Shown: positions 1 to 11,285 of the stretch, one piece after another | Position numbering within the stretch: position 1 is the stretch's first letter | Layout of the letters: every line of letters starts with the position of its first letter | Origin: Camelus dromedarius | Lineage: Eukaryota | Direction: 5' to 3' | Assembly (NCBI RefSeq): GCF_036321535.1 | Contig: NC_087436.1 | Coordinates: 99,574,001-99,638,000, forward strand | DNA length: 64,000 nt | Notes under the pieces: model-generated | Told to the model about the DNA's origin: nothing | Databases searched by the model: none | What the model saw: only the letters and a program-made list of their open reading frames with translations | Translations under genes and position numbers: made by a program

Positions 1-79
1 AAGTAACAAATAAATAAAGAATATGGTTTTAAGTAATGGAAAGTAACAAAAATATTAAGCATGGTGGGGAAAGGGTATA

Positions 80-940
80 TCATTTATGATTAGATTTCTT
101 CACATGAAACAGAAAACCTAAAATAACAGTGACTTCTTAATTTCTCTCTGATGGTAGAGAAAGTCCATCTGTAGGTAGTTCAGGGTTTGTATAGTGGCAT
201 CATTTTCTTGTGAGACGTTTTAGCCACTTTTTTCCTACAAGTCTCACATAGAGTTTCTGTTATGAACTAATGTTTATGTCTCTGCAAGATTAACACGTTG
301 AAACCCTATCCCTCAATGTGACAATAATAGGAGGTAGGGTTTGGGGGCAGGAATCAGGGTTAGATGAGGTCATAAGAGTAGAGCCCTCATGAGTGGGATT
401 AGTGTTCTTATGAGTCACGAGAGATTTTCCTGCCTGTCTCTGCTCTCAGCTGTGTAAGGATACAACAAGAAGTTGGCAGTCTGCAAACCAGAAGAATATT
501 CTAACCAGAACCCAGCCCTGCTGGCACCCTGATCTCAGACTTCCAGCTTCCTGCACTCTGAGAAATACATTTCTGTTGTTCGTAAGCTACCCAGGCTCTG
601 GTACTTCGTTACAGCAGCCTGAGCTGATCAAGATACCTCCCAACTCAAAATCGCTTCTCAGTTCATGGAGGCTGCTGGGACTTCAGCCGTTGAGTCTAAG
701 CTCCAGGTAGTGGAAAACAGAACGCACAGAAGAGGAGAAAGAGGGACATTCCGAAGAAGTTGACACCTTCCAATGCTATTTCCTGGAGACTCCAAAAATC
801 ATGTTCATTTAATTCTAATCATCTACATCATGCTGAAAGAGATGCTGTCTTTTTGGCATTTTCATTGCTACTTGGAGTGCAATAATGTCATGAAGGAAAG
901 CAAGGGGGAAGGATGCGGGTGGGCAGATGTCTCTGCCATG
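80..940 (-). mobile_element. Old MaLR (MLT1J/K-like) LTR remnant, interrupted by a younger MLT1A-like LTR
   Basis: Segments AACAGAAAACCTAAAATAACAGTGACT (~110-135) and GGAGGCTGCTGGGACTTCAGCC (~667-690) resemble the reverse complement of old MLT1 LTRs; boundaries approximate. Confidence 0.45.
258..635 (+). mobile_element. MaLR solo LTR (MLT1A/MST-like)
   Basis: Starts TGTTATGAACT; contains GTTGAAACCCTA..CAATGTGA, GCTGGCACCCTGATCTCAGACTTCCAGC and AAATACATTTCTGTTGTT; ends TACAGCAGCCTGAGCTGATCAAGATA. Confidence 0.85.
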
Positions 941-3274
941 GGTGGCTATTACTTGCCCTTAGCAGGGACGGCCTTTCTAAAGCAGTAGAATCTTAGCACA
1001 TATTTTTTGATCATAACATAATACTAATTTCATCCTCTTAAGAAACCATTTCAAACGGCTTTCTAATCTCTCTTACCTTTTCCCCTGCCCTCTAGGAAAG
1101 GTCATTACCACCCCTCCCCTTCCTTACAGCATCTTCTCCCTAACTGGTCTCATGTCCCCCGTCTGGTCACCATGAATCAATCTTCCATGATGCAGCCCTA
1201 GAGATTTTTGAAATATAAATCTAATCTTTGAACTTCCTTGATTAAAATCCTTTAATGTTTTCCATTGATTCAAGGCATTATCCACAGAAATCTTCCGTGA
1301 AAAATCTCCCTGACCACCCAAAATTTTATTTTTTCTCAGTCTCCCACTAAATTCTAATTTCTAGGCATGAATAATGGCCGTAAAATTTTGAGTTTTTCTT
1401 ATGCCCCCAATAACAATTTGAAGTTGTTGACCTCTCTTTCAAGTATGCCCTTTTCCCATCCAACTATTTCTAGCAAAAAATACACATTTATTTTTATAAT
1501 TCACTCACTTGTCACCTGTTAGTATAAGCTGTTCCTGAATATCATACTTTCCAGCCACGGCTCTATTTTTAAACATACAAACCATTTCTGAAGCTCCGCT
1601 GCTTACAATTATCATTAATTCTTACTGTTCTGACTATTGATCTTCCACGATAAACTGCGAACTATGATAGTAGGAATTGTGGCTTTTTTTTCCTCCCTGT
1701 ATCCAATTGTCTCTCTCTGAGTCCAGCCCATTTCAAGTACCTAGGAAGGTTTTCTTGAGTGAATTAAACTCATCAGCCTCCTAGGCTGAAAGCTTTATGG
1801 TCGTCCTCTGCCATCAGCAGCCCCTTAGCTGCGGCATCGCTTTCTGTGTATGCTACCTCGGCAGCTCCCCTTCCATCCACCCTGCCCGTTCATTTCCACT
1901 TCAGCTGTTCATTTCTGACCACGTTCACCACACACCTGAATCATCACACTGTGATAAACTGATTTCCCTTGCTGTATTTTCTCACGTTCTTGTTTTTATG
2001 TGCCACTGAAGCAATACAGATGATCACGGTGCTGCTACCACATTTAAAGAATTCCAAATTACTCAGTGAAATTCATCTATTGTAGCATGGCATGTACAAC
2101 TTTTCAAGAAACAGTTCTGTCTTCTCTTCAGGCTTACATTTTGTTTTCGCTTCTGCTACCCCCATCTCCCTTTTGGTCTTTGTCCGAAGGGATATCTCTC
2201 GGAAGAAGGCATCACTGAGCATGAGGCATTCTGTCAGAGATGTCAATTTCATGGATGGTGTGGTGCACTTTGGGGATGTGAGTGAGGCCAGTGGCACATA
2301 AAGCAGATGACCCAAAAGGCCCTAAAAGTTTCATGGGAGACTGAACTACCAGGTAGACATGACAGGCTGGTTCCACAATGTAGTCTTCAACGAAAGCTTT
2401 AACTGGGAGGGACTAGGTAGAGACAGGGGTTTCTAGTTTGAAAGTAAATTCAAGGATTGTTCTTTTATGTGATGCTAAGATAAGGAACCCATGTCTAGGA
2501 CTGAGAGGGAGGAGAAAAAGAAAACCTAAAAAAGATAATTTAGCAGACAGATTAAAAAGTGTTTATTTGTTTTTGATGCCCTTCTAATTTCATTGCAAAA
2601 TGTTCACAGACTTTAAGATACTATTGCTCTAATTTATTTTACAGATTCCTTTTTAAGAACTCAGTGAAGCACATAACTATACCCTACAATGTTACTTTTG
2701 TTAATTCTCTGACAGCATTGCATTTTATCGAAAGCACATGCAACTCAAAGAAAGTTGCATGTGAGATAAACTTTCATGTATTGCAGAATGTGTGAAATAA
2801 AATACTCTGTTAGTGAAAGATATCCACAGGAATCTAAGACATCATGTACCTGATTTTTCTTTTTTGGTAGCAGAGCTGCTTTGCCTTGTGAATAGGAGAA
2901 AAAAAAATCCTCTCTCAATTCCCCCTGGAGTTTTTGCTTCATCCCATAGCAACAAAACATCATCTGTCTCTTAAATTGTCAGAGTGATAAAAATGCTTAA
3001 AATTACATCCCTCCTTCAAAATCAAAATTAAATGTCATCTCCTCCATGAAGTTGTCCCTTATCTCCTCAGTGAAACGAATCTCAGCCACTACTGTGGTCC
3101 CATAGCATTTGATTTGTGGGTACATTTTAAAATTTACCAAACTCTGTCTTCAATTGTATTTAGTTATTCCATATTGTTCCTTCTCATGCTGTGGTAGTCT
3201 TTAGAGCTTCAATTAGAAATATTTAGGTCAGTGTCTCTCCCTGAGCCCAGTGCAGTGTCTTGCATAGAGTTTTT

Positions 3275-3543
3275 CATGGAGGTAGTGCCCTACTGGTTAA
3301 ACACGTGGGGTCTGGGGTCTCATTGAATGAGGGTGGTTGCTGACTCTGCTCTTTTCTAGCGGTGCATCCTTAGGCAAATTACTTAACCTTTTTGTTCTCT
3401 GAGTTTCTTTGTCTCTAAACTGGAGAAATATGGATTCATATCTAACAGGACTATTGCAAAGTTGAAAGTGAGATAAATGGATACAGTCAGCAGAGTTTTG
3501 TGTGCTTAGTAAGTAGTCTGTAAACATTATCCATTGTTATTAC
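3275..3543 (+). mobile_element. MIR SINE
   Basis: Core TTAGGCAAATTACTTAACC..CTGAGTTTCTTTGTCTCTAAACTGGAG; 3' end TAGTAAGTAGTCTGTAAACATTATCCATTGTTATTA. Confidence 0.8.
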
Positions 3544-4359
3544 ATGCTTGGTGATAGATATAAGCTTTAGGGAACTGAATTTAAATATCCCTTCTTTCTA
3601 TCTTTTAAGGCAAAACTCAAGGCTCAGTGTATTTTAAAACTTTCTTAGATGGTGCAGTTAGATAGTTATTTTGTTTTACTGAACTCTTCCAATGTGTATA
3701 CATGGAAGAGGGGTGTTCTCTTGATTGACATTGTGATCAAGCTTAAAGACAATCCATTCTCTCCCTTGTGTTAGAAAGTGCATATAACATAGTAACACTT
3801 CCATGTTGGAAGGAATGCTACAGTTCTAGCCTTAACTTGATTCCATGCTTCTTGTGAAAGGTGTCTTTACCAATTTACAACTTAATTCCTTTTGAATTTA
3901 ACTATTGGAATATTTCTGGTTGGATTAAACTGATATTTGTTTTCCCCTAAATATTCTGATCTATTCTCTGCATTTCAGAGCCATGCAGAATATAAGTTCA
4001 GTCCTCCATGACATGTTAAATCTAAGATATTTGGAGATAGTTCTTAGGCTCTTCCTGAATTTTCATATCTTCAGGTTGTACAAGAAATGAATGATGGAGT
4101 TTTAGGATAACAATTCTGGTTATTTCCCTTTGCATATGCAGCGATTAATTAATATTCCTATAAAATACTTCACTTGAATACCATTCTCCATCTGTAACAT
4201 GGCTGGGAGAATGCAGCCTAGAATGATTATCAGTATTGTTCTGGACAGTTTATCTCAATTAATACAACCTAAGAAAATGGGTCACTGTGTTTATTTTCTT
4301 TCTCTGTTTGTTGTAGCCCCTTAGCAGTTAGGTGATCATACTGAGTATATAAACAAAAC

Positions 4360-4880
4360 ATTAGCTTGTTTTCTCTAGCTGCATTACCATGTCCATACCA
4401 ACCATTTCCCAACTTAGGGGCTTAAAATAGCAGATGTTTATTTTGCTCACCATTTTGTGTTGGCGGGCAGTTCAACTACTGGTGTCTGAGCCAACTTGAC
4501 TGACCTCCACTGGGCTCATTCATGGAATGTGCTTTGCTGGTGGGTTGGTTGGTGGTTGACTGATCCAGGAGGGCTTCATGCACATGTCGGGCAGTGGCTG
4601 GATTGTGGACCAGAGCAGCAGAAGGCTCTATGTCTCATGTTTCTCATCAGATACACTTCTTCATATGACAGTCACAGAATCCCAAAATGAGCAAGAGTGG
4701 AAGCTGTTCAGCCTCTAAGGCTTAAGCTAAGAAATAGCACAGCATCACGTTCTCCACATTCAGTTAGGTAGAGCAAATAAGAAGGCAGGCAAGTTCCCCC
4801 GTCAAGGGTAGAGTAATGGGTTCTACATCTTGGATGAGAACAGTTACAAAACAATGTGGCTCTTTTTGCAAACAAATACA
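4360..4880 (-). mobile_element. MaLR LTR (MLT1F/H-like)
   Basis: CCCAACTTAGGGGCTTAAAATAGCAGATGTTTATTTTGCTCAC and CACAGCATCACGTTCTCCACATTC resemble reverse-strand MLT1 motifs. Confidence 0.65.
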
Positions 4881-5319
4881 CTTAGTATCTTATGCTTCCA
4901 CAAAAATTGTGAGTGCCTTAGACAAAGGTTTTAAATTCCAACAAGTTACATACCATTATTTCATCTTAAAAATATTTTATATTTCCATTTAAGCCATGCA
5001 TCAAGGTATCTCTGTATGTTACATACATTACAGCTTAGCCAACCATGCCACACAGATAATTAACACTGTTTAACAAAAAGAATCCTAAACATGCCCCCAG
5101 GGACTTTTATCCCAGTTGATATGAATCTGTTTTGTGAGATTAATTGTTTGAATACCTACCAATCCATTTAGCTATATTCTCTTCTGTTTCATATTATTTT
5201 TTCTTTTTCTTTTCCACAAATATTCCATGAAAAATTGTGTCATGTATTTCTCTGGTGCAAAAGATCTATGATACACAGACACATACACACACACACTTCC
5301 AAGTTCACTTCCAAGTACT

Positions 5320-5771
5320 TGTCAACTAGGAAAAAAACCCATGCAATGTTAAAAGCTATGAGTTGAGTTTTATTCAATGTCTTACTGAGGACTATAGCCT
5401 GGGAGACAGCCTCTCAGAGAGCTCTGAGGAACTGCTCCCACAAGGGAGGGGGAGAGACAGTATATATGTGGTTTTGGCTAGGGGATATTGTGGTCAAGCA
5501 TAAGTCTCAGTAAAAGGTTACTGCTAGTCATGAGGCCCAGATATCTTAGTTAATGATTGGGAAGATGCAAGAATCTGGGTTTATTAAAAACTTTCCTGGA
5601 ATATATCTACCTATCTAAGGGCTTGTTTTGCCTGTTTTCCCAAAGCACAGAGTGCCTTATCCTGTTCTTCATCCTGAATTTCTCTCTGGGTGTAGGTAGG
5701 TCAGCAACTACAGTGGCTAATGACTTGATCCTTGTAGAACTGCATTGAAGGGTAACATTCTTCTGTTTATA
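5320..5771 (-). mobile_element. ERV1 solo LTR, MER41-like, with 4-bp TSD
   Basis: TG...TA ends flanked by TACT at 5316-5319 and 5772-5775; TTTATT (minus-strand AATAAA) near 5369; GCCTGGGAGACAGCCTCTCAG motif resembles MER41-family LTRs. Confidence 0.75.
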
Positions 5772-5964
5772 TACTCTTCCAAATTGTAAATCCAATATTG
5801 CACTTTAACTACAGTCCCCTTGGGCGCCCTTTTTTCTTGACCCTATCCACATTTTTCCTTTGATTTTCTGCTTTCATGCAGTCCTTTAATTTCTACTTTC
5901 TTCTAATCTGTCCACTCTGATTTCATCTTCCTTCTCCATTAACATTACTATGACTTCATCACTA

Positions 5965-6160
5965 CTCCCTTTATCACTGCCTAACATTTCTTAAGGGCTC
6001 ACCATGGGGCAGGCACAACTGTACATGCTTTATATGTGTTAAGCATCCACAACAATCCTATGAGGTATCTACTATTATTATCCCACTTTTCAGATGAGGA
6101 AACTAAGACACAGGGAGGTTTCTTACCATCATACTGCTGATAAATAGTAGTAGCCCTCTC
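5965..6160 (-). mobile_element. MIR SINE
   Basis: CACAACAATCCTATGAGGTA..TATTATTATCCCACTTTTCAGATGAGGAAACTAAGAC is the reverse MIR core. Confidence 0.85.
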
Positions 6161-6339
6161 AGGTTCCATTACTTAAGTCACTCCCATGCCAATGTTAAGT
6201 TTTTCTGTTATGTTGTCCTTCCCTCTCCTTCCCTTCTACCACTCTTTTCTAGAAAAATTGCAGGTAATTCCTGCTCCCTCACCTCTAGAGACTGAGTGAT
6301 TCTGGAAAATCTTTCTACAGCTGTACAGATGGATTCTAG

Positions 6340-6877
6340 CCTCACTGACTATATTCTTTTCTGGAGGCTCAACTAGGGAAGGATCTCCTTCTAAAACACA
6401 TTCAGGTTGTTGGCAGAATTCATTTCCTGGTGGTCTTAAAATTGAGTTGCCCATCTTCTTGCTAAATACCTACCAGAGACTGCCCAACTCCTAAGGCCAC
6501 ACACGGTTCATTGTCATGTGAACAAATTCCATAGTGGTTCACAAAACAACTGTTTACTTTTTCAGTGCCAACAGGAAGAACTACACAGGAATTTTGAGAC
6601 TCTTCCTTCAGGAAGGGCCCAAGCCCTTCCAAGATTTGAAAGGATTGATTGAATCAAGCATTGGATCACCCAGCATAATCTCTCTTTTGATTCCTCAAAA
6701 ATATGTGGGAATTACCTATTCAAATCCCTTCCTTTGTCATATAAATTAACCTAATGGTGGGAGCAAAATTAGTCATTCATAGTCTTGCTCACATCCACAG
6801 GGAGAGAACTAAAAGCAGGACGTGTACCCCAAGGGGCAGGAGTCTTGAAGGTCATCTTTAGAACTCTGCCTAGAATA
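6340..6877 (-). mobile_element. MaLR LTR fragment (MLT1D/E-like)
   Basis: TCTGGAGGCTC..AGGGAAGGATC, CATTCAGGTTGTTGGCAGAATTCATTTCCT, and end GTCATCTTTAGAACTCTGCCTA. Confidence 0.7.
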
Positions 6878-7469
6878 TTCTATTTTCTCCACAATGGTTT
6901 AACATGTCCTTAACTTCTAATTTCTTCTTTCTGTCTGATCTCTTGATCCTTCACTCTGATCAAATGATTTGATCTCTTAGAAACAAGAAGATAAAAGCCT
7001 CCAAACAGGACTCTCTCATTTACAAAATATGGGTATCTACTTTCATTCTTATTTTTCCTTCCTTTCAGAGAAAAAAGTATCATTTATACTTTCTAAGATT
7101 AATCTTTTTCTCACATCTGTTTCCTCTTGCATCTCAAATTTTTATTATAATTTTTATCGATTATAAATACTTTTATTTTTTCTTTATCTTTCAATAATTC
7201 CTTTTCTGCAAGCACTACTACTTTACCCAAGTTTTTAAAAATTTTTATTATTTTTATTATTATTAGTCTCTTAGGGAAACTTTTTGGACAGTTTTTCCTA
7301 ATTTTGCCCCAGGAATTTTAATACTATAGATATACTCTATGCCTCTTTGAGTATTATATGCATCTTAATGTTTTTATACAAAAAGAGTTAGATTTTTTTC
7401 CATTCTCATTCCTTTGTTTAAAAAAAAAACTAGTATGTACCTTGTAGGTGACATTGTCCCTGCTGAGAA

Positions 7470-8420
7470 TACACTGTGGCCACTTTGACCTTTCTAGCTG
7501 CTTTCCAATCCTCCTTCTCTTCATGATGGAAATACTTGAAACACTAAGTCTAACCTCCTATCCATATCACAGCTCCATGTAATTTAACTTTTGCCCTTAC
7601 CATTTTTATTGAATTTTTCTCAAAGGTCAGCACTGTCTTATTCTTTGCTTAATCTAATAGACACATTTTAGTCCTTATCACATTTAAACTCTTCTTGACA
7701 TTTACACTGTTAATCTTTTCTTTTCTTTTTGAAACTCTGTTCTTCCTTGTCTACCAGGAAAGCAGTGTTTCCATTGTGACTTATTTCACTCTTCTCTGGG
7801 GCATGTGTTTCCCTATCTTCCAGTGTTCCATTTTGGATTTCTTTGTACATTTATACCCTTTGTGAGACAGCTCATCCCATGTCTTCAACTACCTCCTCTA
7901 TGCTGATGACACAACTCACTATCTCCAGTCTGGAGTTCTCTGTGGAGCTTCAGCCATGCACACCTTTCTGATTTTCATGGCCCACAAATACTTCAGACTC
8001 AGTATTCCCATCTTAACTGCTGGTTCCTGCCTAAACTCCCTGTTTTGACAAATGACATTATTTTTCAATCTAGCTGATATAATAGAAACCCAAGGATCTT
8101 CATTCTTGATTATCCCTCTTTTTCTCTCCCCATAATAAATTGTTTCTTTCTTTATAGGAAGATAAAATAATTTGACACTATCTTATTTTAACTCTTGTTC
8201 TAAATCATCTGAATCAAAGCATCAACATTGACTCCTTGATAAGAGTTTTTGTCTCCAACCCAAATATCCTCCAGCACATCATTGGTACTGTAGCCAGTCA
8301 CCTTTTAAACTACAAATCTGATCATTTTACCATTTTTCTTAAAACCATTCAATCTATTATTCTGTAATTAAAATAAAATATATTTTATCACTGAACTCTC
8401 TTATCTATCCTAAAATCTTC
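7470..8420 (+). mobile_element. L2 LINE relic (RT region)
   Basis: CTC TAT GCT GAT GAC ACA (LYADDT) near 7897-7914, followed by ATCTCCAG..CTCT and TACAAATCTGATCAT motifs typical of L2. Confidence 0.7.
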
Positions 8421-10344
8421 TGTGACCAAACTCATGACTGTAAGAATTACATGATTTAGTTTTTTGTGCCATAAATTCAGTTTTTATTTAGAGCTTTGAA
8501 CTTATGTGGGAATTTAGTCAGTTCATTGTAATTCTATCCCATTATTGTTTATTTTCTGCTATTTTATTTTGTTTTTTAAATTTCTCCCATGAAAAAATAC
8601 TTTCTGATAAATTCAAGGTTGGAATTCCTCAACCTGTCTTTTCACCAGGGCTGAGTCTAAATTCCAGGAGTTTGCTTCATGACATGGAGGAGAGACAACA
8701 TCTCAGACTTAGTCCTGGTCATCTGTCCAAGCTGACATCACCAGCTTTGCCAGTCCCTTTGATTTTTATTTTCTTTTAATATACTTTACTGTGGCTGCAA
8801 GGTCCCTTTACATTATATTCCTTAATATTTCTCAAGGTCATGCCCATGTCCCTTAAACCCAGAAAATTTAACATGGGGTCTACAAGAACTCTGAAAAGTG
8901 GATTCAGGTCAATAAGTCTGCCTCACACAAAGCATTGCCCTTTCTAATCTACTTTTCTGTGTTAAGGTGGCTCAGTGTTCTTGGCAAGGGGTCTGATCCA
9001 TTGTGGGACCTTGTGAAGGAGCAAGACATAGGCCTGCTTACTCTCAGATCCCCATATTTATTACATATTTTCATACTACCTCCCTGTAGAATTAATGTTG
9101 GCATCCTGTTGCATAAGTTTCTTATCGGATAGCATCCGCCATTAATCTAGTTAGTTCACTTAAACTCCATCTCTGAAGTCCTTTACCTCCATTATACCCC
9201 AAATCAGAAGGTCTGGGGAGATGGATTTGGATAAACTTGTAGCTGATTTTTCTGGGCATCCTGATCATCATTATAAACTGGGTCTGGAATTTAGCCTTCA
9301 TTCCACTTGATAAGTCCATACGCTGGTTAGGGGCAGCAGGGGAAGGAGCATTTCTTGGCAATATATCTACCTGATGGATGTACCTTTTCTTAATCACATA
9401 AAATTATCATATTTGCTTATAGAACTTTCTTATCTCCACAGTCATGTTCTAGTACCATGGAACAATTTGCAGTTATCAAATGTACCCTGCTCTCTAGTGC
9501 TTGGGTGACTTATATACAAAATTTCTCTACCCCAGTTTTTATTGCTAAATAATTCCTATACCTTCTTCAAAATTTAGCTCACAGGTCATATCATTGAGGA
9601 AGCTTTTAAAATTTCCTTTCTCATTTTTGGCCCATAATTACTTCTTTATAATGGTGCTTCCCCATTTAGGGTCATTTTAAGTATTTAATGAGTTAATATA
9701 TGTGGCCTGCTCAGCCATGTGTTTCTGGTATATACTCAGCACTCAGTAGCATGGTGCCTTATATATTTCCAGTGCCCAATAATATTGGCTAAATAGTCAA
9801 TGATCAGTTGGATGAATAATCTGAAATGTTATAAATTTTTATTCTCAATCTTTCTGTTGAAATCTTACACAACTTTGAAAGCCTGGCTCCTGTCCAATTT
9901 GTCCTTGACCTGCTGGTCTCCAACTTTTCCTCTTTCTTCTGCAACTCCCTTGTAATTAATTTGTCCTTGTTCTTACTACAAAATAATTTTTACATTCCCT
10001 ATTATGGCACTGGATGTAGTCTGCATTGTATTGTTTAGGTGTAGATCTACTTTTCCTACTGTCTTCTAAATTTTTAGATTGGGTAGCTTATGAGTCACAT
10101 TTTTCCCCTTTTTTGGACTTTTTGGGGATAGGTACATATTTGTATTGATTTTTTTTTTAAACGTTGAACTATCTAGGAAGGGAAAGAATTTAAGTGGCAG
10201 CCTGGAAGATTCTGTATGTAGGCCCAAAACTCTGATATATGCCTTCCATATTGTGTGTGTTTGTATGTGTGTTGTGTATGTTTGCATATTCATGTCCTAC
10301 AGGAAAAAAAAATTGTATATATACACATATACATTTGTGTGTAT

Positions 10345-11285
10345 ATATTCTCTGATCAGCAGAATTCAAATATGACCCCCAATGCTCTGTTTAATTCTAC
10401 TCCCTTGGCGTGTGCTTAGGTCCTGGAAATACAATGAGATACTATTCCTGTGATTATGTTACTTTATGTGGCACGTGGGGTTTTGTGGATGTAATTATGG
10501 TCAGTAATCCACTGATCCTGGGTGCACTGAACCTAATCAGTGAGCTCTTAAAATGAAGGACTTCTGGTTTTGATGAAGTAAGGTGCTAGGTTGAGAGAAG
10601 ATCATATGGCTAGGACTCTAGTAGCTGAGAAACTCTTGGATGAAAACAAGCAAGAAAATAGAAAACTCAGTCCTATGATCTCAAGAAATAAATTTTGCCA
10701 ACAACCTGAATGTACTTGGAAGAGGAAACTGGGCCTTCTTAGATGAAATCGTGGTTCTAGCTGATACCTTGATTTCAGACTTTGAGATGTTGGGCAGAGG
10801 ACCTAGCAAAACCATACCCAGACACCTGACCCATGAAAACCATGAGTGTCATGAATTGCGTGTTTGTGTCCCCTCAAAATCCATATGTTGAAACCCTAAC
10901 CCCAAATGAGATGGTATTAGGAGGTGGGGCCTTTGGGAGGTAATTATGTTTAGATGAGGTTGTGAGCAGGGAGCCCCCGTGATGGGATTAGTGTTCTCGC
11001 GATGGAGTGAAGAAACTGAAGATCGCTCTCTCTCCACCATGTGAGGATTCAGCAAGAAGGTATCCACCCATCTGCAAATGAGGGTTCTCACCAGGAACCA
11101 AATTGGCCAGCACCTGGGCCTTGGATTTCCCAGCATCCAAAACTATGAGAATTAAGTTTCTATTGTTTTTCACTCCTTTTATGGTATTTTTGTTATAGCA
11201 CCCTGGATTCACTAAGACAACGAGATTATACAATTTTGTTGTTTTCAGCTTCTATGTTTGTGGTAATTTGTCACACATCAGTATC
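10345..11285 (+). mobile_element. MaLR LTR (MLT1D/E-like), split by a nested LTR
   Basis: GCAGAATTC..ATGACCCCCAATG start; TTTTGCCAACAACCTGAATG; resumes after 11224 with ATTATACAATTTTGTTGTTTTCAGC..TTTGTGGTAATTTGT. Confidence 0.75.
10847..11219 (+). mobile_element. MLT1A-like solo LTR nested in an older MLT1 LTR, 5-bp TSD
   Basis: TG...CA termini (TGTCATGAATTG...ACTAAGACA); flanks ATGAG (10842-10846) and ACGAG (11220-11224). Confidence 0.9.
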
